A DNA stretch of 32,000 nucleotides from Candidatus Heimdallarchaeota archaeon (GCA_030668875.1 DAOVER010000006.1:1-32000), one strand, 5' to 3'; positions 7,532 through 18,006 are shown, numbered from the stretch's first letter. The notes: generated by a model from the letters alone, not told the origin. Translations and numbers: made by a program.

Positions 7532-8029
7532 TTACGTTTCAGATGTTTTAAGCAAATCATCATACTTTCCTGCGTCAATTTCCTTTTGAACTTCACGAGA
7601 ATCTTTGCCTTCACAAGTTACACCCATACAAACCATCGTACCTAGAATTTCTTTGCATGCTGCACTCAGAGTAGTAGCTGATAAATCATTCCATTTAGCT
7701 TTTGCAGCATCGATTAATTGTGGAAATGTGATATTACCTACTATTTCTTGATTTGGTATTCCTGAAGCTTTTGCTACACCTGCTGCTTTAAGAACAAGGG
7801 CGGAAGCGGGAGGAATACCGATCTCTATTTCAAAAGATTTTGACTTTTTATTTACGATTACTTTTACTGGAACTTTCATTCCTTGGTAAGCTTTAGTTTT
7901 GTTGTTGATATCATCAACTATTGCTTTAATATTAACTCCTAATGGACCTAAGGCTGGACCCATTGCTCCTCTAGGAGAAGCTTTTCCGCCATCCACAAGT
8001 AAATCCACTGTGATTATGTCAGCGCTCAT
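7532..8029 (-). CDS. rpl11: 50S ribosomal protein uL11
   Basis: GGKASPRGAMGPALGPLGVN, IEIGIPPAS, ILGTMVCMGV. Confidence 0.97.
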   Translation of the reverse strand: MSADIITVDLLVDGGKASPRGAMGPALGPLGVNIKAIVDDINNKTKAYQGMKVPVKVIVNKKSKSFEIEIGIPPASALVLKAAGVAKASGIPNQEIVGNITFPQLIDAAKAKWNDLSATTLSAACKEILGTMVCMGVTCEGKDSREVQKEIDAGKYDDLLKTSET

Positions 8030-8244
8030 TTTCTATTCCTCTTAATATATTAAGTGCAAATCAGAAGCATATTATACTGTACTTAAAGGTAACGATTTTT
8101 AACCAAAGATACAAAACATAATCTAAGAGATTGTATTTCACCCTAAAATAAAAGGTAAGGGTGTGAGAGCCTTTTTTTCTTTAATCAAAATGTTTATAAT
8201 CAAAGCTTAAAGATTTGAGAACGTAAGGATTTGGAGCAGTAACA

Positions 8245-8472
8245 ATGAGTTCAAACAAACCCATGGACATATTAAATCAAGCTCGAGAAAATAGAGTTCT
8301 AATCCGACTAAGGGGAAACCGTCGTATGAGAGGAATTCTCAAAAACTATGATATTCATTTGAATCTCACTCTTGAAGATGCTGAGGAAATTGGTGAATCT
8401 GGTAGTAAGAAATTAGGAGACATTATAGTTCGTGGTGATAATGTCATTATGATCAGCCCCCCACCCAAATAA
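8245..8472 (+). CDS. Sm-like (Lsm/SmAP) RNA-binding protein
   Basis: Sm1 ([20 protein letters not shown]) and Sm2 (IIVRGDNV) motifs; upstream of rpl37e as is usual in archaea. Confidence 0.95.
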   Translation: MSSNKPMDILNQARENRVLIRLRGNRRMRGILKNYDIHLNLTLEDAEEIGESGSKKLGDIIVRGDNVIMISPPPK

Positions 8473-8492
8473 GTAGCTGGAAGTAGAAAAAC

Positions 8493-8657
8493 ATGACAAA
8501 AGGAACACCATCATTCGGCAGACACAATAAAAGATCTACACACATAGTTTGTAGAAGATGCGGTAGGCATTCTTTCCATAAACGTCACAAGGAATGTGCA
8601 GCCTGTGGATTTGGAAGGTCAAAGAAAATCCGTAATTATGCTTGGCATAAGCATTAA
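8493..8657 (+). CDS. rpl37e: 50S ribosomal protein eL37
   Basis: Not in the track (54 aa). [54 protein letters not shown]. Confidence 0.97.
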   Translation: MTKGTPSFGRHNKRSTHIVCRRCGRHSFHKRHKECAACGFGRSKKIRNYAWHKH

Positions 8658-8711
8658 CTAATTTTTACTGTAATCTGATCTCCATTTATTTATATTGGAG
8701 ATAAAAACATT

Positions 8712-8788
8712 GGGCCGGTAGATCAGTCTGGAAGATCGCTTCCTTGGCATGGAAGAGGCCGCGAGTTCGAGTCTCGCCCGGTCCACCA
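8712..8788 (+). tRNA. tRNA-Ala(GGC), CCA encoded
   Basis: Full cloverleaf: GGGCCGG/CCGGTCC acceptor with G3:U70, anticodon arm CTTCC-TTGGCAT-GGAAG, TTCGAGT T-loop. Confidence 0.95.
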
Positions 8789-8912
8789 TTCTCTCTTTTA
8801 AAACATTAGAAACACTTTCTTGTATGAAGTTGGTAACATATTTAGAATACGAAAAATAGTTAGATTGGCTTCTTAAATAATACTTATATATTTAGGTTGT
8901 AAATTTAGAGTT

Positions 8913-10598
8913 ATGGAAAAGTCTTATGATGAGAACCTAGCGAAGCTCATGTCTGAGGCACGTGATTTATTCAAAAGTTCTAACTTTGCCGAATCCGCAA
9001 GAAAATATTGGGAAGCAGCAAAAAAACTAGAAACAGCTAGGGGACTTGCGCAAGCAGAAGATTTGTATCACGAAGCTATAAAGAATTTCATTCGAGCTTC
9101 AGAAGATAACAAAGAAAAGAAACAGTATCGTTTGAGTGCTCAAAATCTATTTCATGTTGTCATGATTTTCAAGAGACTTGGATCTATTGATGATTGGAAA
9201 GCTGCGACTATGGCAGTAGTTGATGATCTAGTTAATGCAGCACAAGAATATCTTCTATGGAATGAATATGATAAGGGGATAATTTTAGTGTCAACAGCTT
9301 GTTTCTTCTTGTTTGCAATTGAAGAATTTCAAACAGCTGAAAAATACTACAATCAATATATAGAACAGATTAAAGACGATCCTGGATTTACTCGAGCTCA
9401 ACAGATTCTTTATGCAGCAGGTCATGCTATTCGAGCAGTTAAGAATCTAGACACTAACTCTCTTTTAAATGCTCAGCAACTTGTTGGAAGTCACCTTAAA
9501 CCAGGGTTGAGTCAAATAACAGGAGATTTATTCTTTCCTGCAATTGATGATGCTGTAGACACCGTTGTGAAAATCTTCCGATCTAAGATTAAACTTCCAA
9601 AGATTGTTTCTGAGTTTAAAATCTCTCGTGATTTAGTGTTGGGAGAACCAACGGACCTCTCTGTTTTCATTGAGAATGTAGGGGAAGGAGATGCAAATAA
9701 CTTAAGCTTTAGCTTTAACATTCCAGAAGGTATTGAAGTCATAGATGGAAATATAGAATTTTCTGTTGAAAAATTACTACCTCAGCAGAAAACTGAACAT
9801 AAGCTTATAATTAGATGTATGTCTTCAACAGGTGAAATTGCTCACGAATTAAGCGTTAATATTACGTTCTATGATCAATTGCAAACCAAACAAGCTATGA
9901 TGATGGGGCCTTATGATTTGATTTTCAGAGAGAAAAGCCTATCAAAAGAACATAAAGATGCTCTTGATGCATTATCTGAACAAAACAAAGCAAATCACAC
10001 AAAGATGTGTGATAGCAAGATTATTCCAGAAGAAGCATGTAATGTGATGTTTGAATTGATTTCCTCAATTATAAAAGAATCAAAAGAAAAGCTTGCTACA
10101 GAGGAGTTCGAAACGGTTCTTGCAAATATTCAGAATATCGATAGAATATATGATATTACTAACAAACTCACAAATGAGGAATTTATAGCACCAATCCGTG
10201 TAGCTCAAGAAAAGGAACTAGCAGAAAAAATCGAGAGTGCTATAGAATTAAAGAAAGAAGAATGGAATAGTGAACTTGAAGCCATCAAAACTCAATTATC
10301 TGAAGAACACCTCAAAGAAAAAGAAGAATTAAATCAATCTTTTGAAGAGGAAAAGGTCGATTTAGAGAAACAAAAAGAAGAGGAATGGAAGGAGTTAATG
10401 GAAAAACTAGTACTCAAACATACAGATGATATTAAGGAGTTTGAAACCGAACTTATAGAGCAGAAAGAGCAAGAAATGGAAGAATTTAGCAAAAAACTTG
10501 AACAAGAAAAGAAAAAGGCTCTTGAAGATCAAGAAGCGGTTTTACGTGACGAATTTCAACAACTTTTATCAGAATCACAAGGCAAGAAAAGAAGATAA
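8913..10598 (+). CDS. Hypothetical: TPR/SNAP-like helical repeats, Ig-like (CARDB-like) domain, acidic coiled-coil tail
   Basis: Ala/Tyr-rich helical N-terminal ~225 aa; beta-sandwich pattern (LVLGEPTDLSVFIENVGEGDANNLSFSFNIPEG); E/K/Q-rich heptads at the C-terminus; no signal peptide or TM segment. Confidence 0.6.
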   Translation: MEKSYDENLAKLMSEARDLFKSSNFAESARKYWEAAKKLETARGLAQAEDLYHEAIKNFIRASEDNKEKKQYRLSAQNLFHVVMIFKRLGSIDDWKAATMAVVDDLVNAAQEYLLWNEYDKGIILVSTACFFLFAIEEFQTAEKYYNQYIEQIKDDPGFTRAQQILYAAGHAIRAVKNLDTNSLLNAQQLVGSHLKPGLSQITGDLFFPAIDDAVDTVVKIFRSKIKLPKIVSEFKISRDLVLGEPTDLSVFIENVGEGDANNLSFSFNIPEGIEVIDGNIEFSVEKLLPQQKTEHKLIIRCMSSTGEIAHELSVNITFYDQLQTKQAMMMGPYDLIFREKSLSKEHKDALDALSEQNKANHTKMCDSKIIPEEACNVMFELISSIIKESKEKLATEEFETVLANIQNIDRIYDITNKLTNEEFIAPIRVAQEKELAEKIESAIELKKEEWNSELEAIKTQLSEEHLKEKEELNQSFEEEKVDLEKQKEEEWKELMEKLVLKHTDDIKEFETELIEQKEQEMEEFSKKLEQEKKKALEDQEAVLRDEFQQLLSESQGKKRR

Positions 10599-10606
10599 TT
10601 GTAATC

Positions 10607-11017
10607 TTACTTTTCCCTTTTTTGTATTTTAAGTGTTTTTTCAGAAGTATCTATTGTAACAGTATCGCCAGTTTTTACCATGTTGAACAGGTCTTTATCT
10701 GGAAGGTCTACCAGAGGGATATCTGCTAATATAGCTCCCGCAATTACTATAGTTTCAGCTTCCCCTACTACTAGTGCCAAAGGAGAAACATTGTTTACTT
10801 TCAAGCCAAAAATTATGTAAGAACCAACAGTAGAACCTTGTCCTCTTGGAAATACAAAAATAGTATCTTTGAGACTTTTCCCATATATTGGACTTTCTGA
10901 ATCAATTATTTTCCCAGTTTCGGAGTCAACATCTCCTAAAAATGAGATAGGATGAGGTGAAAGCAATACAGAACCAGTAACCTTTCCTTCAACAATTGGG
11001 CGAATTCCAATTTTCAT
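10607..11017 (-). CDS. Aconitase X swivel subunit (DUF126); probable phosphomevalonate dehydratase small subunit
   Basis: ISFLGDVD, FPRGQGSTVGSY, AETIVIAGAILADIP; overlaps the large-subunit stop. Confidence 0.9.
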   Translation of the reverse strand: MKIGIRPIVEGKVTGSVLLSPHPISFLGDVDSETGKIIDSESPIYGKSLKDTIFVFPRGQGSTVGSYIIFGLKVNNVSPLALVVGEAETIVIAGAILADIPLVDLPDKDLFNMVKTGDTVTIDTSEKTLKIQKREK

Positions 11018-12216
11018 TGTTCTGTAACCTCCTTCACAATTGAATTGAGCGGAAGCAAGTTCACCATAGTAGTTTTAGCCTTACTAAGATAATGTGCTGC
11101 TTTTGTAGAGTTAGTGATTATATTCTGGAAATTTTCACCTACGGAAGGAGATACAACCATACAAGTATCTGCGTAAACTTTAATCCCTCTAGATTCTAGA
11201 TTAGTCAGAAGTGAATCAGCCTCTATCACAGTTTTAGTTTCACTAGAAGTAAATATCCAAAATTCAATGCCCTCTTTCATTTGTCTTGATTGGAGAGTGT
11301 TCGAAATTAGCTTTATATCCTCATAGCTTGCATGTGGGCACCCGATAGCAACAAGATCAGGCCCTTCACTTATTTGGTTAAAATGGTTATAGATTTCTTT
11401 TTTATTCAATTCAGTAAACTCTATCTTTTCCTCAACGTTTTCAGTATCAATTGATTTACTTTCTGGTGTTAAGTTTTTTACATGGTAAAGAGCGACACTA
11501 CCTGATGCAGCTAATGCTGCTGCTAGCATCTTAGCTTCATTGATGTTTAATCTTTGAATATTCATGAAATAAGGAATTGAACCATGAAACTTCTTGCCAT
11601 ACCAATAACCAAGGGCAGAATAATCGGAGAAGTTTTCTAATTTGGCTCTCACATCCACTAATATTCTGGGGTTACGATTTTCAGTTATGTGTAAACCATA
11701 ATTAGCAGTTAAACCAGTAATAGCAGAAGCCAAGGAAGAAGGAGCGCCTTCCCTATTTGTTCTAGCACCGTAAAAACTGTTAGCTATTGAGACAGCTGAT
11801 GATTCGCTCCATGCCAGATGAGCTCCATGAGAAGGGGTGTGACCAATTAAATATGGTGCACAAGTGAGAGTGGGATTAATCCCCAAGCCTTCATAGAATT
11901 TCACAATCCTCAATTGTTTTTCCGCAAAATCTTCACTGATTTCCATCTCTCTCCACTTTTTCATATCCATCCCTGCAGGGTTCAACCAAGTAGGAACTTT
12001 GACCTTTACAGCATCTTTTGATAACAACTCAAAATATGAAAATATAGATTCCCCTACGGTTAAATATGAAACTCCAGCAACTTGAGCGTTTGCTATGGGG
12101 ATCAGTTGCTCAGCATCATATACATCCCCAATCTTTACGATTAATTCCATGCTCTTTGCTATTGCCTCACCTTTCATACCAGATAGCATTTCTTCTTGAT
12201 CTTTAGTAAGAAACAT
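11014..12216 (-). CDS. Aconitase X catalytic subunit (DUF521); probable phosphomevalonate dehydratase large subunit
   Basis: MFLTKDQEEML start (the ORF track extends to 12261); TCAPY, WSESSA, NSFYGARTNRE, IGCPH, DTCMVVSP, TNSTKAAHY. Confidence 0.9.
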   Translation of the reverse strand: MFLTKDQEEMLSGMKGEAIAKSMELIVKIGDVYDAEQLIPIANAQVAGVSYLTVGESIFSYFELLSKDAVKVKVPTWLNPAGMDMKKWREMEISEDFAEKQLRIVKFYEGLGINPTLTCAPYLIGHTPSHGAHLAWSESSAVSIANSFYGARTNREGAPSSLASAITGLTANYGLHITENRNPRILVDVRAKLENFSDYSALGYWYGKKFHGSIPYFMNIQRLNINEAKMLAAALAASGSVALYHVKNLTPESKSIDTENVEEKIEFTELNKKEIYNHFNQISEGPDLVAIGCPHASYEDIKLISNTLQSRQMKEGIEFWIFTSSETKTVIEADSLLTNLESRGIKVYADTCMVVSPSVGENFQNIITNSTKAAHYLSKAKTTMVNLLPLNSIVKEVTEQ

Positions 12217-12244
12217 AATCATCTTCTCTCTTATTGCCATGCAT

Positions 12245-12868
12245 CTAAATATTTGGTTCATGAATGTATGAACAATGCTTAGCTAAAGGACAATCACTAC
12301 ATCTTGGATTGGTTTTGAAGCAATGTTCTTTTGCATGTTTAACAATTAAAGCATGGTATTCCTTGTATAATTTGGTATCACTTGGTAAAATTTCCATAAA
12401 TACTCTTTGGAGTTCCAAATAATCTTTACCTTCATAATATCCTAATCTCTTAAAAATTCTGAATGCGTACGCATCTATAACAAAGTAAGGTTGTTCAAGC
12501 CAATATAACAGAATAGAATCAGCTGTTTCATATCCTATTCCTTTGATTGATAACAGAGCATTGCGATTTGGTTGGTGGTCTTTTATCAGTAAATCAACAA
12601 GATTTTTCAATGTTCTAGCTTTTGCTTTATAATAACCGCTCGATTTGATAAGTTTCTCCAGTTTTTCCAATGAAATCTCCTTTAAACATTCAACATTCAA
12701 ACAATTTGCTTCTTTTAAGCATTCAATTGTTTTTTCAACATTATGCCAATTTGTTTGCTGAGTTAATATTGCACCAATAGCTATTTCTATTCCTTCACCT
12801 GGCCACCAACTTTGAGAATCATAATATTCGAATAATAAGTTATATATTTCTTCAAGATTGATTTTCAT
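12245..12868 (-). CDS. Endonuclease III-related HhH-GPD DNA glycosylase with a 4Fe-4S loop
   Basis: GAILTQQTNW; HhH IKGIGYETAD (Glu where EndoIII has the catalytic Lys); VIDAY; C-x6-C-x2-C-x5-C. Confidence 0.88.
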   Translation of the reverse strand: MKINLEEIYNLLFEYYDSQSWWPGEGIEIAIGAILTQQTNWHNVEKTIECLKEANCLNVECLKEISLEKLEKLIKSSGYYKAKARTLKNLVDLLIKDHQPNRNALLSIKGIGYETADSILLYWLEQPYFVIDAYAFRIFKRLGYYEGKDYLELQRVFMEILPSDTKLYKEYHALIVKHAKEHCFKTNPRCSDCPLAKHCSYIHEPNI

Positions 12869-12983
12869 TATTACTATGGACTTGAATACATAAAAAAACT
12901 TATTCCAATCAATTTAACGAATCTGTTTTAAATAAGTCATCTCAAACTTTAAATTTGGGCTAAGAAAGGTTGTTCTGAATAAC

Positions 12984-13592
12984 TTGAACACTGAAAATCT
13001 TGGTTCTGAGATGGAGGTAAACTGTCCTGTTTGTGAAAGTAAGAACACAAAAGTTGTGCAAAAGATACTGGATTTTCCTCACTTTCCTCAAATGTGGTTT
13101 TATAATCTTAGTTGCGCTGATTGCCATTTCAAGTACAATGATTTTATAAATCTGGCAATTAATGAGCCTATTAGATATACATATCTAGCAGAAAACAAAG
13201 ATGACTATACTTCCAAAATTGTCAGAAGTTCAAATGGAACAATCAGATTTCCAACCATTGGTGCAATCTTGGAACCAGGTCCTAAAGCAGATGGTTTCAT
13301 AACTAATATTGAAGGAATGTTTAGAGATTTTCAAGGAAAAGCAGAGTTTTTACTGCGGGATGCCACAACTGAAGAAGAAATTAATCGAATAAATGAATTC
13401 ATTGAAATGATTGATGAATATATTAATGATAATTTACCAATAGAAATAGTGATTGAAGATCCGTTTGGTAATTCGTCTATCATACCTTTTGATCATTCTA
13501 AATTAAAGAAGCAACGACTAAGCAAAGAGGAAGCAGAAAAACTGAAAACGGGTCTCATGGTCTTTGAAGACGCGCAAGATACGTCTAACTAG
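12984..13592 (+). CDS. ZPR1-type zinc finger protein
   Basis: CPVC...CADC, KIVRSSNGTI, GFITNIEG, IEDPFGNS. Confidence 0.9.
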   Translation: MNTENLGSEMEVNCPVCESKNTKVVQKILDFPHFPQMWFYNLSCADCHFKYNDFINLAINEPIRYTYLAENKDDYTSKIVRSSNGTIRFPTIGAILEPGPKADGFITNIEGMFRDFQGKAEFLLRDATTEEEINRINEFIEMIDEYINDNLPIEIVIEDPFGNSSIIPFDHSKLKKQRLSKEEAEKLKTGLMVFEDAQDTSN

Positions 13593-13606
13593 TGTAAGGA
13601 ATTTTT

Positions 13607-14911
13607 ATGTCAATAACACTTACTGAAACAGACACAGAAAGTCGGGGTGATTCATCTATATTTGCTGATTTTCACATACATAGCTGTTTTAGTTATGCAA
13701 CCTCAAAAAACATGACAATCCCCATAATTTCAAAGCTAAGTGATATAATTGGTTTGAATCTTATAGGTACTGGAGATATTCTACATTCAAAATGGAGAGA
13801 GCATTTGAAGACATACTTAAAGGTACACGAAGAAGGGATTTACGAATGTAAGGAGAAGCAGAAAGTAGTATTCATTCCCACGGGTGAAATTGAGGACAAA
13901 GAGAGCATCCACCATCTCTTTTTCTTGCCAGATATTGAAACTGGCGATGAGTTATCTTTGATATTTGAAAGGCGATTCAATATTGACATGAACAAATATG
14001 GAGGAAGACCTATTTTACCAGTCAATGCAGAAGAGTTGGTTGAGATTATTCATGATTTTGGAGGTATCATTGGTCCAGCTCACGCTTTTACTCCTTTCAA
14101 AGCTATCTTCCGTTCAAATAGATATTCTAGCCTTAAGGAATGTTATGGAGATCAAGCGAGTAAAATTGACTTTGTCGAATTAGGATTGTCAGCAAATAGT
14201 CAAATGGCCGATCAGATATCAGAGCTCTGGAATTATACATACATAACTAATTCTGATAGTCATTCACCAAACCCGGGAAAAATGGGAAGAGAATGTAATA
14301 TCATTGAAATTGATTCATTAAATTATACTAATGTCACAAATATTCTAAAAAGAAAGGATTCGAAACAAATTATCACAAATGTAGGTTTGGAACCTAGATT
14401 AGGCAAATATCATAGCTCTTTTTGTTTTAAGTGTAGAAGAAGAATTAGGTACGAAGAAGAACCCAAAAGGATTTTTAATGAAAACTTTATTTTCTTTGAT
14501 TTGCAAGATCAAGAAGAGTTGATTGAAGATATAACAAATAAGAAAAAAAGATGTCCTGCTTGTAATGGCTTGTTAAAATTGGGTGTGAAGGACAGGATTA
14601 ATTCAATTGCTACAACTAAAAAAGAGAATAGAAATCGTCCAAGCTACCGAAACATCGTTCCTATTCCAGAGATATTAGCAGTGATATTTAAAATAAAAAG
14701 TACAAACGCAAAAAAGGTAAAAACTGCATACAAAGAGATAACATCTAAACTTGGTAGTGAGTACGATATTCTGCTTGAAAGACCCATTTCAAAAATTAAG
14801 AGTTGTAATTTATCTTTAGGAACAGTCATTGAAAAAATGAGGGGAAACAAATTAGAGATTATTGAAGGGGGGGGAGGAGTCTACGGAAAATTAAAACTTC
14901 CCACAGACTAG
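13607..14911 (+). CDS. PHP-family phosphoesterase (TIGR00375-like)
   Basis: ADFHIHS, IGTGD, GPAHAFTP, ELGLSA, NSDSHS, GKYH, C-terminal GGGGVYGK. Confidence 0.85.
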   Translation: MSITLTETDTESRGDSSIFADFHIHSCFSYATSKNMTIPIISKLSDIIGLNLIGTGDILHSKWREHLKTYLKVHEEGIYECKEKQKVVFIPTGEIEDKESIHHLFFLPDIETGDELSLIFERRFNIDMNKYGGRPILPVNAEELVEIIHDFGGIIGPAHAFTPFKAIFRSNRYSSLKECYGDQASKIDFVELGLSANSQMADQISELWNYTYITNSDSHSPNPGKMGRECNIIEIDSLNYTNVTNILKRKDSKQIITNVGLEPRLGKYHSSFCFKCRRRIRYEEEPKRIFNENFIFFDLQDQEELIEDITNKKKRCPACNGLLKLGVKDRINSIATTKKENRNRPSYRNIVPIPEILAVIFKIKSTNAKKVKTAYKEITSKLGSEYDILLERPISKIKSCNLSLGTVIEKMRGNKLEIIEGGGGVYGKLKLPTD

Positions 14912-14927
14912 CAGGAATGTTCTATAT

Positions 14928-17084
14928 CTACTTTCCGTTTGAATTTTCGTCTTTGAGATTGTCCAAAGTAATCTTGACATCAAGTGCAGAAACACCCAAT
15001 CCTTTCTCATATACGAAGAAAGGGTTAATATCTAATTCTTTGATTTCGCTGAAGTCATTTACCAACAAAGCTATTCTCAGAAGTGTATCAATTACTGCTT
15101 CTATATCTGAAGGATTTTCACCACGTACACCTTTCAGAAGAGTGTAAACTTTAGTTCTCTCAAGCATCTTTTTTGCCTCCACTTTTGATAATGGGACTAA
15201 ACCAAATGCAACATCTTTGAAATAGTTTGTATAAACTCCACCCATTCCTACCATTACCAATGGACCAAATTGGGGATCTTTTGTAGAACCTACAATTAGC
15301 TCACGACCAACGTTCTCCATTTTCTGAACATCTATAGCCAGCAATTTTGATTCAGGATGATGATTCTTAGCACTTTGCATTATCTCCTCAAAAGTAGTAT
15401 GGGCTTCTTTTCTATTCTTTATGTTTAGTTTAACTCCGCCGATATCTGTTTTATGAATAATGTCTGGGCTAGTAATCTTCATGACAACGGGAAAACCTAT
15501 TTTCTCTGCTAAATCAGCAGCTTCTTCAGCTGTTTCTGCTAATCTAGTATCGGGTGTATAAATTCCATATGCCTTTGCAACCTCAATGGCTTCTGTTCCA
15601 AGTAGGATAATCCTGTTATCTGATCTCACCTTCTGGAAAATAGCAGCTACCTTATCTTTGTCAATGTCAAACTCAGGGATATCGTCTTTAACCGGCCTTT
15701 TCCTTATCTTTGAATATTCTACCAAAGAAGCCATGGCTCTTACACCACGTTCAGGATGAGGGAAACAAGGAATTCTATTTTTCTTTAGATAATAAATACT
15801 TGGTCCTAATATCTCTCCTCCTATGAATACTGTAATAATTGGTTTTTCTGGATATTTGCTTTTTATTTCTACTATTTTATCAGCTGTTTCTTGACCTTCA
15901 GTCATAGCTTGTGGGGTTAGTATGACTATTACCCCATCTACTGCATCGTTTTGTAAAGATAATTCAAGAATCTTACCATAATCTTCAGCTTGTGCTGTTC
16001 CAAGAGCATCTATTGGATTATTGAAGTTTGCGGCTGAAGGTAAGAACTCTTTCAGTTTTGATTTAATTTCTGGTGGAATTGTTACCAACTCTAAACCAAA
16101 TTTCTCTGCCGCATCAGTAGCAAGGATACCTGGTCCTCCAGCATTTGTAATGATGACTATTTTATTGTCCTTTGGAATTGGCATATAGCTGAAAGCAAAT
16201 GCCATATCAAAGAGCTCTTGTGTTGTATCGGCTCTAATCACCCCACATTTCTCAAAAGCAACATCATACGTTGTATCTGCTCCCGTCATACTGCCTGTAT
16301 GTGATGAAGCTGCTCTTGATCCTGCTTCGGATCTTCCTGCTTTAAGTACTATAACGGGTTTCTTTTTAGTAACTTCTCTGCAAACCTTAACAAATTCAGG
16401 ACCACGACTTATACTTTCAAGATATGCTAAAATGCCTAAAGTATTCTCATCATCGGCTAAAGCATCTACAAAATCTGTTTCATCTAAATCGGCTTTATTT
16501 CCAAGTGAAACGAAGCTTGAGTAGCCTATACCTTCTGTGCAACTCCAATCTAAAATCCCAGTTAACAAAGCACCACTCTGACTTAAGAATGCTACTTCAC
16601 CCTTAATTGGTGATCTTTCAGCAAAACTTGCATTCATAGGGGCAGATGTGTCGATAATACCGAGAATATTGGGACCTACAACCCGTATTCCATACTTTTG
16701 AGCTATTTCAACAATTTTCTTTTCTAGTTGAGCGCCCTCTGAACCAGTTTCTTTGAACCCTGCTGTAATGATTGCTGCATAATATACACCTTTCTGTCCC
16801 AACTCTTCCATTAATGGAGGAATAAATCTAGGAGGTATACAAATTACAGCGAGGTCAATATGATCAGTAATTTCAGTTATACTTGAATAAACTTTAACAC
16901 CCTTAATCTCCCCATATTGGTCTGCTTTAGGATTAATCGCATAAAGTTTTCCTTTAAAACCACTTAAAACCATGTTTTCTAAGGCAGCGTAACCAACCTT
17001 TTTCTTATCTGGACTAGCACCGATGATAGCAACACTATTTGGATGTAGTAACTTATCTAACTTCTTTAATGACAGTAAAGACAC
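14928..17084 (-). CDS. ADP-forming acetate/acyl-CoA ligase, fused alpha-beta
   Basis: SVAIIGAS, RVVGPN, SQSGA, SLGNKADL, AASSHTGS (phospho-His), TNAGGPG, ATP-grasp HKTDIGGV, ELDINP. Confidence 0.93.
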   Translation of the reverse strand: MSLLSLKKLDKLLHPNSVAIIGASPDKKKVGYAALENMVLSGFKGKLYAINPKADQYGEIKGVKVYSSITEITDHIDLAVICIPPRFIPPLMEELGQKGVYYAAIITAGFKETGSEGAQLEKKIVEIAQKYGIRVVGPNILGIIDTSAPMNASFAERSPIKGEVAFLSQSGALLTGILDWSCTEGIGYSSFVSLGNKADLDETDFVDALADDENTLGILAYLESISRGPEFVKVCREVTKKKPVIVLKAGRSEAGSRAASSHTGSMTGADTTYDVAFEKCGVIRADTTQELFDMAFAFSYMPIPKDNKIVIITNAGGPGILATDAAEKFGLELVTIPPEIKSKLKEFLPSAANFNNPIDALGTAQAEDYGKILELSLQNDAVDGVIVILTPQAMTEGQETADKIVEIKSKYPEKPIITVFIGGEILGPSIYYLKKNRIPCFPHPERGVRAMASLVEYSKIRKRPVKDDIPEFDIDKDKVAAIFQKVRSDNRIILLGTEAIEVAKAYGIYTPDTRLAETAEEAADLAEKIGFPVVMKITSPDIIHKTDIGGVKLNIKNRKEAHTTFEEIMQSAKNHHPESKLLAIDVQKMENVGRELIVGSTKDPQFGPLVMVGMGGVYTNYFKDVAFGLVPLSKVEAKKMLERTKVYTLLKGVRGENPSDIEAVIDTLLRIALLVNDFSEIKELDINPFFVYEKGLGVSALDVKITLDNLKDENSNGK

Positions 17085-17192
17085 CTACATGTGCCAAATT
17101 TAGAAAGATTTTAAGTTTGTCGCTACGAAGTTATTTTATCCTATTCAAAAAAAAGAGCAAAGTAGTCTCAAACCCGATTGTTTTTTTTCATT

Positions 17193-17912
17193 TTAAGAAT
17201 TTTCTGAGAGCATATCTTCATCGATCATATGTTGAACGGCTAGAATTTGTGAGATTACTGCAAAAAGATCTAATCCCTCTTGGTAAATAGCTATTTTCTT
17301 ATCAACGAGCTCATTTGGAATATTTTCTATTTCTCCATGGGGATAAGCACCAAAAATAAGCAAGGGATTAGTTGCATCATATATTTGTTTAGAGTATTCT
17401 GTAGAAGACAATTGTTCTCCTTTGACACTGAATTCTATAATGAGATCATGATTGCTTCGTAATTCACTAACTAAATCTGTGAGACTTAAATCTCTGAGAG
17501 ACATCAATGGATCATCTGATTCAGGTGGTACTGATTTTTCTTTGAACAATTGCAGGATTAAACCTTTAAAACGATCGCTGTTTTTAGGAAGTCTTATTTC
17601 CGGATTTAGCTCGATTACCTTATTTTGATTGGTATGAATAACAACGCGAAGACGTTGTTCACGGGCCATAATTGACCCACAGCAAGATAGAAGGGTAAAA
17701 TGAACAATATCTGGTCTTCCTCTTTTTTGAGCATCTGGCAAATCTTTTATAAAATTACTGTGATAGCTGGCATCAAGTATTACTTCTTGTGGTGTTTTTT
17801 TTAATTTAGAGAAATACTGCCTAACTTGTACATTCTTCAACAGTTCCTCAGGAAAGGTTTCAAGAGAAGACTCAGCAAGTAAGATGGTTAGAAATTTCGC
17901 CATGACAATCAA
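17193..17912 (-). CDS. nep1: 16S/18S rRNA pseudouridine N1-methyltransferase Nep1/Emg1
   Basis: KRGRPDIVH, RLPKNSDRFKGL, FGAYPHG. Confidence 0.92.
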   Translation of the reverse strand: MIVMAKFLTILLAESSLETFPEELLKNVQVRQYFSKLKKTPQEVILDASYHSNFIKDLPDAQKRGRPDIVHFTLLSCCGSIMAREQRLRVVIHTNQNKVIELNPEIRLPKNSDRFKGLILQLFKEKSVPPESDDPLMSLRDLSLTDLVSELRSNHDLIIEFSVKGEQLSSTEYSKQIYDATNPLLIFGAYPHGEIENIPNELVDKKIAIYQEGLDLFAVISQILAVQHMIDEDMLSENS

Positions 17913-18006
17913 AATAGATTATCATTGGCTCTTTTTCAACTTTACTACTAATGCTTGTTAATAGTCAAACCAAAATTCCTAAAAGGGTACTACAAAAATT
18001 TAATCA

